Origin: an uncultured bacterium
GTDB taxonomy: Bacteria > Actinomycetota > Acidimicrobiia > Spongiisociales > UBA5794
DNA: 64,000 nucleotides
NCBI GenBank assembly: GCA_963844835.1
Contig: CAWJPT010000001.1
Coordinates: 147,555 to 211,554 of the forward strand
Direction of reading: 5' to 3'
Made by a program: the position numbers and the translations under genes. Below the pieces are notes generated by a model. It was not told where the DNA came from. It made no database searches and saw only the letters and a list, made by a program, of their open reading frames with translations. Shown here piece by piece: positions 40,380 to 51,008 of the stretch. Position 1 is the stretch's first letter. Every line of letters begins with the position of its first letter.

Positions 40380-41521
40380 ACGAAGCAGCAACAGTCGTCT
40401 TCGAGATGCTGACCAAGCGTGGGAAGCAGCGCGGATTCCTCGTCGTGACCGAGATCCTGCAGGAGCTCGAGGATGTCGAGGCTCCGCCGGAGGCATTCGA
40501 CGAGGTGGTCGAGGCGCTCCAGGTCGAGAAGGTCAACGTTCGCGAGGATTCCCACAATGCGCTCGAGGCGACTGCACTGAGCAGTGACGAGCTGGTGCAC
40601 GTCTCCGACCCGGTGCGAATGTACCTCCAGGAGATCGGCCGCTACCCGCTGCTCACCCCGCAGCAAGAGGTCGAGCTTGCCATGCAGATGGAGTCTGGAG
40701 GCCGGGCATCCGAGAAACTGCTCGCCGACGGTGCTGCAGACCTGCCGGTCGCCGAGAGAGGTCATCCTGCAACGGTCCGCACGCAACGCCGACCGGGCCC
40801 GGAAGCGCCTGGTAGAGGCGAACCTGCGACTGGTTGTCTCGATCGCCAAGAAGTACGTCGGTAGCGGGGCCTGTCGCTGCTCGACCTCATCCAGGAGGGC
40901 AACCTCGGGCTGATCCGGGCGGTCGAGAAGTTCGACTACCGCAAGGGATTCAAGTTCTCCACCTACGCCACCTGGTGGATCCGCCAGGCGGTGACCCGGG
41001 CGCTCGCCGATCAGGCTCGCACCATCCGGGTGCCGGTGCACATGGTGGAGACGATCAACAAGCTGGCCCGGGCACAGCGCACCCTGATGCAGGAGCTGGG
41101 CCGGGAGCCGACCATCACGGAGATCGCTCAGGAGCTCGAGATGGAGCCCCAGCAGGTCACCGAGCTGCGCCGGATCGCCCAGGATCCGGTGTCGTTGGAG
41201 ACGCCGCTCGGGGAGGAGGACGACTCCACCCTCGGCGACTTCGTCGAGGACACCGATGCGGAGGTGCCGGTCGAGGTTGCCTCGTTCAAGCTGCTCCAGG
41301 AGTACCTGTCACTCGTGCTCGAGGGCCTCAACGAGCGGGAGCGGCAGGTGCTGATCATGCGCTTCGGGCTCGCCGACGGGAAGGTGAAGACCCTGGAGGA
41401 GGTGGGGAGCCACTTCCAGGTGACTCGGGAGCGGATCCGCCAGATCGAGACCAAGGCGCTGGCGAAGCTCCGCCAGCCGGCCCGGGCCAAACGTCTCGAG
41501 GGCTATCTCGAAAGTGGCTGA
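40376..41521 (+). CDS. rpoD: principal-type sigma-70 factor (two frame discontinuities)
   Basis: [17 protein letters not shown] (region 1.2), [13 protein letters not shown] ... [37 protein letters not shown] (region 2), and region 4 [28 protein letters not shown] segment of about 37 codons (40757-40868) is in another frame. Confidence 0.9.
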
Positions 41522-41575
41522 TCTCGGCAGAATCGCGGCCACCGGGGATACCCCCTCCCGAGGTGAGCATCACCG

Positions 41576-42422
41576 ATGACCTGGTTGCGGTCGTTACTCG
41601 GGGACCAGCACCCCGATCTCGCAGATGAGGATCTCCGCTTGTTCGGCAGCGGCTGGGACAACACCACCTACCGGCTTGGTGACGAGCTTGCGGTGCGTCT
41701 GCCGCGTCGTAAGCTGGGTGCAGAGATGATGGTCAAGGAGCAGCGGTGGTTGCCCGAGATTGCCACCCGGTTTACCGCTCCCTGTGGGGGCGCCGATACG
41801 TACCGGTGAGCCGGGGCGCGGCTATCCGTGGCCGTGGAGCATCGTTCCGTGGATCGAAGGCGGATCGGCAGAGGCTGAGGACATTGCCCCGTCACGAGGC
41901 GGCGAAGCTCGGGGCTTTTCTTCGGGCTCTTCATACGGTGGCGCCGCACGACGCACCGTTGAATCCGTGGCGCGGCGTGCCGCTCGCCGACCGCTCGTTT
42001 TCGGTTGAGCAGCGTCTCGATCGTATCGGGCCCGCCGAGCTCAGCGTCCCGGTCGAGGCGGGTCCGGGATCTGGGAGCGGGTCCGTGACGTGCCCATCGA
42101 CGTCGCCGATCGTCGCTGGTTGCACGGCGATCTGCATCCTCGCAACGTCATCAGCCGGAGGAGGAGATCTGGCGCGGTGATCGACTGGGGCGACATGTGT
42201 GCCGGCGACCCGGCTACCGATCTCGCGGCAGCGTGGCTGTTCTTCCCGAGCGAGTGCACGCATAGATTTCGCTCCGCCTATGGGCAGATCTCGAAGGCAA
42301 CGTCGGAGCGTGCGATCGGGTGGGCTATCTTCTATGCCGTGATCATGGTCGATGCCGGCCACATCGACGATGCCCGTTGGGCCGCGCGGGGAAATCAGGC
42401 CCTCGAGCGAATCTGTGGATAA
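41576..42422 (+). pseudogene. aminoglycoside/choline-kinase-type phosphotransferase (APH family), frameshifted
   Basis: FGSGWDNTTYRLGD ... WLHGDLHPRNVI ... VIDWGDMCAGDPATDLA, spread over four ORFs in three frames. At least 5 shifts. Confidence 0.7.
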
Positions 42423-42589
42423 ATCTGGGCATTTGTGTGATTGACGTGACAAATCTTCGCATTTTCCACTTCAGCTGTACCGCCTGCTGGTGCCAGAAAT
42501 CATGTCAGGTTCGCCGTGCAGAGGACGATTATTGTTGAAAGTCGATGACTAGGGCTGGTTAGCCACGGAGGTAGTGAGCATTGGTTAGC

Positions 42590-44090
42590 ATGGCAGCTCA
42601 TTCAGCCCGGGTGAGGGCGGGTCGCTTGCCCGCTCGCGTATCGGATGCAGTGTACCAGGATCACTCGCGGACGCGGTTGCCGATCCACTAATCGTCGTCG
42701 ACGATCAACAACGATCGTGCTGTTCAACCGGGCTGCAGAAGAGATATTTGGCTACGGAGTCAACGAAGTGTTGGGTCGGAACCTCAACGTGCTCATCCCC
42801 GAGGCATATCACGCAAGCCATCCGCACCAGGTGAGCAGTTTGCGGAGCGTGGAGGCCACGCCGAGATCCCTGCATGGAGCCGTTCTCGGTGAAGGGGACG
42901 CCGCAGTCGATGGTTCGGTCTTTCCCTGCGGAGGTCAGCCTTTCGACAGTTGAGGTGGACGGCGAAGGCCGCATGTTCGCCGGCCTGCGCGATGTTTCGT
43001 CTCGGGTGAGCATGGAGCAGGCGCTCGAAGAGAGTGAGAGCCGTTTTCGTGCGATCTTTCGAGTAGTCACCGGTCGCCATGGCTCTGGTCGCGGCTCGAG
43101 GCGAGTTTGTCACCGGCAACAAGGCGTTCCACGAGCAAACCGGGTATTCAAGGAAGAAATCGATGGCAATGGCTCGGGCTGATCGTCCACGAAGACGATC
43201 GTGAGACGCTACTGATGCAGCTGGCGCCGTTGGCGGCCGGTGACCGAGGATGCTGTACGTACGAGCTCCGCTACGTTCGAGCAACGGGTAAGTGCGCATG
43301 ATGGATCTCTCGCTTGCGCCCGATCGGATCCGGGCAGGAGAGCCCCAGTATATGGTTGGCCAGGCGATCGATGTCACTCGTCGCATCGACACTCAGGTCC
43401 GGCTGGAGCAGACGATCCGCTCGAAGGACGAGCTCATCACCTCGATCTCCCACGAGCTGCGGACGCCACTCACTGCGCTCGTCGGGTTTGCCGAGCTGCT
43501 CCAGGAGGGCGAATCGGTTCTCGGTCGTGAGGATCGGGCCGAGATGATCAGAATGATCGCCTCCGAATCGGTGGATCTGACCAACATCGTCGATGACCTC
43601 CTGGTGGCGGCCCGGGCCGAATGGGTGGTCTGGCGGTCGCTCACGTCGAGATCGACCTCGGGGCTCAGGTTGCGCAGATCCTCGAGATGTGGAACCGGCG
43701 CGACCTCGAAGGTCTGCGCGTCATCGGAGGCGATGCCAAGGCATGGGGTGACCCTGCCCGGGTACGGCAGATCATCCGCAATCTGGTCTCGAACGCGGTC
43801 AAGTACGGAGTCAGCCCGATCATCATCGAACTGATGGACGACGAACGAAATGGCGATTGTGGCCGTCAGCGACCGGGGAGGTCCGATTTCCGTCGGAAGA
43901 CCGGAAGCGGATCTTCGAGCCATACGAGCGAGCGCACAAGATCGAGGGGGTCACCGCGTCGATGGGTCTTGGCCTGTCGATCTCCCGCAAACTCGCATTG
44001 CTCATGGACGGGACTCTCGAGTACCGGCGCTGTGATGACGGCAACGTGTTCGAATTGGCGCTCCCGCGGGTTGTGGGCCGGGACAGCTGA
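42590..44090 (+). pseudogene. PAS-PAS sensor histidine kinase, heavily frameshifted
   Basis: PAS pieces: LFNRAAEEIFGY, DGSVFPAEVSLSTVEVDG and NKAFHEQTGYS. HisKA: ELITSISHELRTPLTAL. HATPase: RQIIRNLVSNAVKYG and GLGLSISRKLALLMDG. Spread across at least 8 fragments, with an in-frame TAG near 43064. Confidence 0.75.
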
Positions 44091-44108
44091 GCAGCCGCAG
44101 ATGGGCGG

Positions 44109-44348
44109 TTACTGCCTGCTGCGGTCTCTCATCGCAGCGCCCGCGTTGCGCAACTGATCTGCGGCGATATCCCGGACCTGTGCGGTTCCTGCGTCAACGA
44201 TGTCCTTGCCCTGATCGATCACCTGACGCACTCGCTCGTTTGAAGATGCCCTGCGGTAGAGGCGGCGCAGTTGCTCATATCGGTCACGACCGGCCTTGGT
44301 GCCGAGCAGGTATCCGATGCCAAACACTGCGACGGTGCGGAGTTTCAT
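44109..44348 (-). CDS. small YtxH-like protein
   Basis: 79 aa. N-terminal hydrophobic GIGYLLGTKAGRDRYEQL, then a charged helical tail. Confidence 0.5.
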   Translation of the reverse strand: MKLRTVAVFGIGYLLGTKAGRDRYEQLRRLYRRASSNERVRQVIDQGKDIVDAGTAQVRDIAADQLRNAGAAMRDRSRQ

Positions 44349-44433
44349 GGCAACATTCTGCCACAGTGTCGTCTGGGGTTAGGTATCCGGTCGTACGTCT
44401 GATACCATCGTCCGGCCCGAAGACAATACCCAT

Positions 44434-44509
44434 TCCGGGGTAGCTCAATCGGCAGAGCATCGGACTGTTAATCCGCAGGTTGGGAGTTCAAGTCTCCCCC
44501 CCGGAGCCA
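44434..44509 (+). tRNA. tRNA-Asn (anticodon GTT)
   Basis: 76 nt including an encoded CCA. Acceptor TCCGGGG/CCCCGGA, anticodon loop CTGTTAA, T-arm GGGAG-TTCAAGT-CTCCC. Confidence 0.9.
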
Positions 44510-44747
44510 CTCAGAAACCCCCGCTTTCCGGGGGCTTCTGAGGTTTGCGCTGCGATTCCGGGTGAATACCGGCGCCTTGTTCCATCACCCTGTCAATCCA
44601 CAACTCCACACTCGCTTCCAAGCTCACGAGTCTCTGACGTTTCCCAGGGGTGATTCAGACCTGCCACAAACATCGCTCCCTGCCAGTTTGGGCGGCTCGC
44701 CATCGCACCTGTTGAGAAGGACCGCACGATCGATGCTTGGGTTCTTG

Positions 44748-45137
44748 TTAGCCGGATTGAGGTCGACCCTGACCGGGATTGGAGTAGATGACGCTGGAGT
44801 TGGCGCCAATGCAGAAAGAGGCTCCCGGCGGGACTCCTCCGCCAAAAGTGAAGTGGAAGCCGGGACCCGGTCCACCCGGAGTCACCGCTCCACCTGCAGC
44901 GTTGACCTCGGTTGGCGGCCATGCGATCTCATCGTTCGGATTCGCCGCTCCGCCGTTGACTGCTTCGTACACAAAGTCGGATGGGATGCCGACCACGTAG
45001 TCGCTCACGATATGGAAACCGTGGACCTGGCCTAATAGGCCGTAGCACGTTGCATTCTCAGGAGCGGCCATTGCGGCCGATGCGGTCATCAGCGATATTG
45101 CCATGACGATCGCTGTGATGATTGATACCTTCTTCAT
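44748..45137 (-). CDS. small secreted hypothetical protein
   Basis: 129 aa with signal peptide MKKVSIITAIVMAISLMTASAAMA. Two Cys residues. No family recognised. Confidence 0.5.
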   Translation of the reverse strand: MKKVSIITAIVMAISLMTASAAMAAPENATCYGLLGQVHGFHIVSDYVVGIPSDFVYEAVNGGAANPNDEIAWPPTEVNAAGGAVTPGGPGPGFHFTFGGGVPPGASFCIGANSSVIYSNPGQGRPQSG

Positions 45138-45195
45138 ACTCTTCTTTCATTTGCTTCGCTTGGTCTTGATTGACGTTCAGTTCTGTCCTGGCGGG

Positions 45196-45447
45196 TCAGC
45201 TGTGTTCGCTCACCGGGTAGATCTCATCGGCGACAAGCCCGTGGGCTTCCCGGTGGACGGTGTTGGCGTCCTCGGCGTTATCGGCCTCTACGAGGCAGAA
45301 GATCTTCCCTGCCCCCTCGTCGACCCAGTACCTGAGATAGTTCACCCCGTACTTGGCCTGGATCTCGAGGTCCTTCGTATGGGCCCCGGCTACGTCCCCC
45401 ACCGAAACGCCGCCCTCGATGTTGTGGACGTCCATGAACAGTGACAT
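45196..45447 (-). CDS. DUF4242 (SCO4226-like) protein
   Basis: 83 aa, MSLFMDVHNIEGGVS ... AHTKDLEIQAKYGVNYLRYWVDEGAGKIFCLVEA ... VHREAHGLVADEI. Confidence 0.7.
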   Translation of the reverse strand: MSLFMDVHNIEGGVSVGDVAGAHTKDLEIQAKYGVNYLRYWVDEGAGKIFCLVEADNAEDANTVHREAHGLVADEIYPVSEHS

Positions 45448-45566
45448 CTGTTTCCTCCTCGGCTCGTTTGCAGGTCACGGGGTCGAACATATCGTGGTTC
45501 GGCGCGGCCAGTCATGAGGGTCCGCCACCTACAACTGCTGTCCCGGGTACTCAGATTTGGTGCCGG

Positions 45567-48135
45567 TCACGGCGTGGCGAGGATGCCTTGACCGCGGGCC
45601 GTATCGACTGCTGCGCCTCTGGTCGGCACATCGAGTTTCATCAGAATGGCTGCGACATGGTTCTCCACAGTGCGGTAGGAGACGAAGAGGCGGTCGGCGA
45701 TTTCGGTGTTGGTGAGACCTTCGCCGAGTAGTTCGAGTACTTCTGCTTGCCTGGCAGTCAGGCCAGCTGGGTGATCGCGAGTCGCTCGCGATTTGCCTCG
45801 AGAAACGCGCACGCCTTGGTCGAGAAGCTTCCTTCGAACGCGATTGGCGGCGAGGCTGGCTCCCAATGTCTCGAAGATCTCTATCGCCTGTACCTGGGCG
45901 TCGTTATCGCCATGCATGAGGGCCAGCCCCCGCTCATAGGGCACACCTCTCGACTCCCAGAAGTCTGCTGCTGCCTGCCATTCACCCTCCATAATCCAGC
46001 GGTAGAAATCGGAGGTCCGATCAGGGACCTTTTCAAGAAGTTCAAGCTTCCACATCCAGAACGCGAGTGCTCCGCTGGGCCAGACAAACCCGCTCCGCAT
46101 CGATCTATCGAGGACTTCTCGGAGACGCGTGATCTGGTCCGGGTCATCCTCGCCGGTTAGCCACATGTACTCGGCAAGAGCGGAGGCACCAGGGTCGATG
46201 TGCTGAAGCTCTCCGGAAGCCTCCGCCAACGACCACATACGGTCGAGCAAGGCACGAGCTTCGGATCGTCCTCGTCGCGCCTGGATGAGTCCCAGCATTC
46301 TCCATGCGATGATCCCTGAGTGGGGATGCGTGCCGAGAACCTCTGTTGCTGCATCCTCTGCGGCGGCCCAGTCGCCTTTCCAGACCAGGATCTCTGAATA
46401 CATGGCCTGCGCGTAGATCTCCAGGGGTCGGATCTCATACCTAGCCGCCGTGTCTCGAGCCCGCTGTGCGAGGTCGGCTGCACGCTCGACGTCGCGGATG
46501 TCTGCGGAGAGTCCCGCCATGTTGATCAGCGCGTATGCCTCTTCAAACCGGTGCCCGCCGAGTACGGCTCGTCTGTGAGCCTCCTCTACCAGCGAGAAGT
46601 TGCTTCGTCGACCGGAGCTGTGACCAATGGCACCCTTGTTTATCAACGCTCGGGTCACGGTCAAATCATCACCGGTCGCCTCTGCAATGGCGATCGCCTT
46701 GTCGGCGAGTTCGATGCCGCCTGCGTCGTCGTCGCCCCGCATGAGTCTGAGCCAGGCCTGCTGGCTCACCGCGAATGCGAGGTCTTGACTGGGCGGATAC
46801 GACTCGAGGATCGTTACCGCCTCGACAGAGGAGGCCTCCGCTTCCTCGGGCCGGCCGTTCACTTCGAAGACCCGAACGGCGAAAGCCAACATTCGCGCCA
46901 GGGCGAGATTATCGCCAGCCAATCGGTGGATTTTGATAGCTTCTACAAGAATTGCAAGCACGCCATCAGTGTCGAGGCGGTACTCGGTGCGAGCCCAATC
47001 ATCGAGGATGGCGGCCTTGTCGGTCAGCGCGATCCGATCTAGGTACGGCTCGAGCGTCCGGAAGTGAGCGAGGGCTTCACGGTGGCTCTCGATTGCAATG
47101 GCCGCTTTGGCGGCCTTGGGCGCCAAAGCGATTACAGATTCGACATCATCGGCCTCCACGGCATGGTGCACCAATTGAGACCAGTCTTCCTGCCCGGCGA
47201 TCGCGGCCAACACTTGTTGGTTGAGTTGACGGCGATCTTTGGTGCTCAGAGCCGACTCGATTGCCCGGCGCGTCAACTCATGGTTGAACGACACCGTGTC
47301 GTCCTCGATCCAGAGGAGACCTTGACGGGCGCACTCGGTCATGTGCTCGGGCGTCGGGTTGAGGATATCGTCGATGAGGCTTCGTTTCGATTCGCCAGGA
47401 ATCACCGAAACCAGATCGAGAACCCGCCTTGCCCCGGAGGAGAGCTTGGCGGCCCTGGCGAGGACGGAGTCCTGGACCGACGATGGCACGTGCTCGACTC
47501 CTGAGGCGAGTACCTCGGTCACGAAGAGCGGGTTTCCGCCCGTTAGTGCCATAACCGCGTCGAGATCGAGGTTCGTGTCGTTCACCATGGATGTGACGGC
47601 GTGGGCTGCGAGCCGGTCGAGACGTATCCGCGTCAGACTGTGCGGAGGAAGGTCTCCGATCACCCTCCGCAGGGGATGGTCATAGTCGACCTCACCGTCG
47701 CGATAGGTGAGAATGAGCACGCCCGTTGGTTCTGGCGATGCGCCGGCCGAGGTATTTGATGGCGTCCAGAGTTGCCTCATCCGCCCATTGGGTGTCTTCG
47801 ATCACCAGAATGGTGGGACGCAACGAACGCGAAAGGAGATCCAAGGTGGCTTCCCACACCCCAGGGCGGTCGCCTTTCTTGAGAGGCTCGGCTAGCGAAG
47901 GCTCGTTGCGGGCCACGTCCCAGAACGGGCCCAACGGCCGAGGAGTCAACAGATCGTCGCAGAATCCAAATCGGATATGCGCCTCGCCGGTCTGCCGTTC
48001 GACGAATTCCCTGACGAGAGAGCTCTTGCCGATGCCCGCCTCACCCCGGAGCAAGACGACCTTGCCCCCGGACGAATCGAGTCCGGCCAGCAGATCGACC
48101 AACAATCCGAGTTCTTGATCCCTCTCCAACAGCAC
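45567..48135 (-). CDS. LuxR-family (LAL/MalT-like) regulator: P-loop ATPase + TPR-like region + LuxR HTH (one frame discontinuity near 47720)
   Basis: GEAGIGKSSL Walker A in ORF 48135-47692. It continues as VLILTYRDGEVDY in ORF 47780-45567. C-terminal LTARQAEVLELLGEGLTNTEIADRLFVSYRTVENHVAAILMKL. Confidence 0.8.
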
Positions 48136-48228
48136 GAGTCGCAGCCTACCGGGAGGCCAGGTCAGACTGCGCCGAGAATCCCCCGTTCGGGACCGTCACT
48201 TTTCTTGTGTAGATGACGTGGCGGGTTG

Positions 48229-48441
48229 TCACTTGACGTTGGGCGATGTGGTCTCCGCGGTGCATGGTAATTGTGTTGAGGATGGCTTTCCATCAGTTGA
48301 TTTGATCGGTTCTTCCTCCTCGCTGTTCGCGGTCAGGTAGAGGACTTTCATGGCTGCTTGCTCGGTGGGAAATCGAGGAATAACACGGTTTAGCGCAAGA
48401 TGATGAGACAGTGTCGGGCCGCCCCCCAGAATGCCCCGCAT
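48229..48441 (-). mobile_element. C-terminal remnant of an IS256/mutator-family transposase
   Basis: LNRVIPRFPTEQAAMKVLYL resembles the conserved SLNxxIRxxxxxFPxxxAxxKxxYL segment. There is no upstream catalytic part. Confidence 0.45.
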
Positions 48442-48519
48442 CGGACTGTTAATCCGCAGGTTGGGAGTTCAAGTCCCCCTGGAGCCACCAGAGCCCCCGT
48501 TTGTCGAGGGCTTCTGAGG
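48438..48519 (+). repeat. partial duplicate of tRNA-Asn (D-stem to 3' end) plus downstream hairpin
   Basis: GCATCGGACTGTTAATCCGCAGGTTGGGAGTTCAAGTC is identical to 44457-44494. The T-stem and acceptor end are degenerate and there is no 5' acceptor strand. Confidence 0.85.
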
Positions 48520-48616
48520 GTTGTTGGATCTCAATTCTTGCGTGGAATCCATTTTCGCTTCGAGCGTGCTTCCGCAAGAGCCACGGGTGCCCATTCTTGG
48601 TTGATAAGCTCCTGCC

Positions 48617-49084
48617 ATGTTTCACGTCGCCCTTCACGAACCCGAGATCGCTCCGAACACCGGAAACCTGATGCGCTTGACGGTCAATACCGGGTGTCGG
48701 TTGCATCTCATCGATCCGATTGGGTTCTCACTCGACGAAGCGAAGGTACGCAGGGCCGGGCTCGACTACCGGGAGTATGCGACGGTGCAGCGTCATGAGG
48801 GATGGCTCGCCTTTCTCGAGCACATTGGGGATCGACGTATCTATGCGTTCAGCCAGCACGCAACGACCGTCTACACAGATGTCTTCTACCGGCCCGGCGA
48901 TGTGCTTCTCTTTGGCAAGGAGTCGGTGGGGCTCCCCAAGGCGATTCTCGAGTCCGACGATATCGTCGCCACAGTACGGATCCCGATTGCGCCTCGCGGG
49001 CGGAGTCTCAACCTGGCAAACGCGGCGGCGGTGGGCGTCTACGAGGCATGGCGTCAACTCGGGTTCTCTATGCAGGAGAGCCTC
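48617..49084 (+). CDS. trmL: tRNA (cytidine/uridine-2'-O)-methyltransferase TrmL (SpoU family); no stop before the next gene
   Basis: MFHVALHEPEIAPNTGNLMRL ... FGKESVGLP ... RSLNLANAAAVGVYEAWRQLGF. The reading frame runs on into the thioesterase. Confidence 0.8.
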
Positions 49085-49478
49085 ATGGCACATGAGTCGA
49101 CCATCAGGGTGCGCTTCTACGAGCTCGACCCATACGGGCATGTCAATCACTCTGTCTATGTCCAGTACTTCGAGGCCGCCCGAGCAGAATGGCTGACCGA
49201 AGTCGGGTACCCGCTCGACAAGCTGCAGGCGGACGGCATCCAGATCGTGGTCACGGAGCTTCATACTCGATACTTGGCATCTGCAGGGCCAGGAGATGAG
49301 CTGGTCGTCAGCAGCGAGCTGGTGGAGTTGCGTCGAGTCTCGATGACGTTCGCACAAGCAGATTCGGCGTGGGGATGAGACACTGGTCACTCAGACCATC
49401 ACCGCGGCGACGATTTTGCCGTCAGGTCGACCGACCCGGGTTCCTGCCGAGTTGGTCGCGGCGCTTCGCGATGGGTGA
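49085..49478 (+). CDS. YbgC/4HBT-type acyl-CoA thioesterase (frame discontinuity near 49352)
   Basis: AGGAGA lies 6 nt upstream of ATG 49085. RVRFYELDPYGHVNHSVYVQYFE. The C-terminus continues in another frame (QIRRGDETLVTQT ... PTRVPAELVAALRDG). Confidence 0.7.
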
Positions 49479-50206
49479 CTTGGATCTCATCGCGGCGATC
49501 GAAGATGCCTCCTACCGTTCCTGGCCGGCACGAGAGAAGGTGGTGTACGACGGCTGGCAGTTGCGGTATGCCGATGGCTTCTCCCGCCGGGGAAACGCAC
49601 TACTTCCGATTGGGCGCTCGTCCATCGGCCTCGATGAGAAGCTCGACCATTGCCGCGATTGGTTTGCTGCGCGTGGCCAGGACTTGGTGGTGCGGTGCAC
49701 TCCGCTGTGTGAGCCGGGGATCGACGACGAGCTGGACCGGCGGGGATTCTCCACGGAGGGGGAGACGCACGTGATGATCGTGCCGTTGCGCGGAACAGAA
49801 CATGCTGGCGTGCCTGAGTACACGATATCGCCCGAGTGGTGGGACACGATGGCGATGTTGTGGGATATCGGTCCACATTCTCGGGCCGGGTGGCGGGCGA
49901 TCATCGAGCGGATCTCGCTGCCGACGGCACACGTCTTGCTGTGGGCGGATGATGCCGCGGTCGCGGCCGGGCTAGGGGTGCTCGATGGGCCCTGGCTGGG
50001 TCTCTTCGAGCTGGTGGTTCGCTCTGATCGGCGACGCCACGGGCACGGCCGAGACATGGCCAGGCAACTGCTCGAGTGGGGAGCGAGCCGGGGCGCCTCC
50101 CATGCCTACCTGCAGGTTGTTGGCGGGAACGACGCCGGCGCGAGCACTCTACGAGAATCTCGGCTTCCGGGATCTCTACACCTACTGGTACCGGCGCTCC
50201 GCCTAG
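49471..50206 (+). CDS. GNAT-family N-acetyltransferase (frame discontinuity near 50140)
   Basis: VVRSDRRRHGHGRDMARQLLEW. The C-terminal ALYENLGFRDLYTYWYRRSA is in the frame of ORF 49985-50206. Confidence 0.7.
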
Positions 50207-50207
50207 A

Positions 50208-51008
50208 TCACCCGACGGTGGCAAACAACCCGGCGAAGTCGATTCGGGGAAACACTTCGAGCTTGCCGCCTACCGTCGCGTTGACGATGTTGACCCCACG
50301 CGGCCTGAAGGCGTCCCGCGCCCACACATAGTGCTGGATCATCCGCTCAGCATGAGGCTGGTGCCACTTCCGCCCTCTCCCGAAGTAGTCGGGATGGAAG
50401 TGGTTCGGGTCGTCGCTCGTCGACGTGAGCAGAGACTTCTCGCCGTTCACCTCTGGTCCCTCGGCGATCACGTCGTCGGGAACGACATAGTCCGTGTCAC
50501 ACCCGATCAGGATGATGTTGGCGAAGCCCATGTAGACCGCTGCCTCGATCATGTTGACGGTGACGGTGAACGGCATGATCAAGCCTTCGTTCATGTCGGA
50601 GGAGACCGCGGTGAATGGCAGGTGGTAGGTCGCCAGTGCGATGGGGCGGAAGAAGTAGCGGTTGTTGGCCCGCGGCATGTACTGCTCGGTCGGCTCGACC
50701 TTCCCGCTCCCGTCCCAGTGGTGGAGAACTGCTGGGAAGAAGAGCTCCATGTCTGGATTCTGCTCGTGCATGGCGACGATCTCCGCCGCATGGTCGGGCA
50801 GGACCCTGCTGTCGCACGAGAAGTAGTAGCGGTGACGCCAGGGCACACGATCGTAGAGGAGATAGGCGGCGTTGCTGCCGAACACCGTCTGGTTCTCGAG
50901 CAGATTCAGGTTCATCTTGTTCAGCGATGGCCCGTTGCCCATGACGAAGCACGTCTCGCCGGCGTGCCGTCCGCGGAATTTGGTGAAGTCGTCGATCGTC
51001 ACGTTCAT
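50208..51008 (-). CDS. DUF115 / MptE-like domain protein (Maf-like putative glycosyltransferase)
   Basis: Start MNVTIDDF at 51008. CFVMGNGPSLN motif. Overlaps the upstream GT gene by 4 nt. Confidence 0.55.
   Translation of the reverse strand: MNVTIDDFTKFRGRHAGETCFVMGNGPSLNKMNLNLLENQTVFGSNAAYLLYDRVPWRHRYYFSCDSRVLPDHAAEIVAMHEQNPDMELFFPAVLHHWDGSGKVEPTEQYMPRANNRYFFRPIALATYHLPFTAVSSDMNEGLIMPFTVTVNMIEAAVYMGFANIILIGCDTDYVVPDDVIAEGPEVNGEKSLLTSTSDDPNHFHPDYFGRGRKWHQPHAERMIQHYVWARDAFRPRGVNIVNATVGGKLEVFPRIDFAGLFATVG

Larger units (their letters stand above)
44510..48519. mobile_element. degraded tRNA-Asn-associated genomic islet
   Basis: Flanked by direct repeats 44457-44543 and 48438-48519. The repeats cover the tRNA-Asn 3' two-thirds plus the downstream hairpin and CTTCTGAGG. 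No integrase present. An IS256-type transposase remnant abuts the right repeat. Confidence 0.65.

Noticed and set aside
28507-44090. Programmed ribosomal frameshifting or transcriptional slippage as the explanation for the frame breaks.
   Set aside because: The breaks occur in many unrelated genes, in both directions and without slippery heptamers or long homopolymers. They are often several per gene. Indel lesions or errors at short homopolymers explain them more simply.
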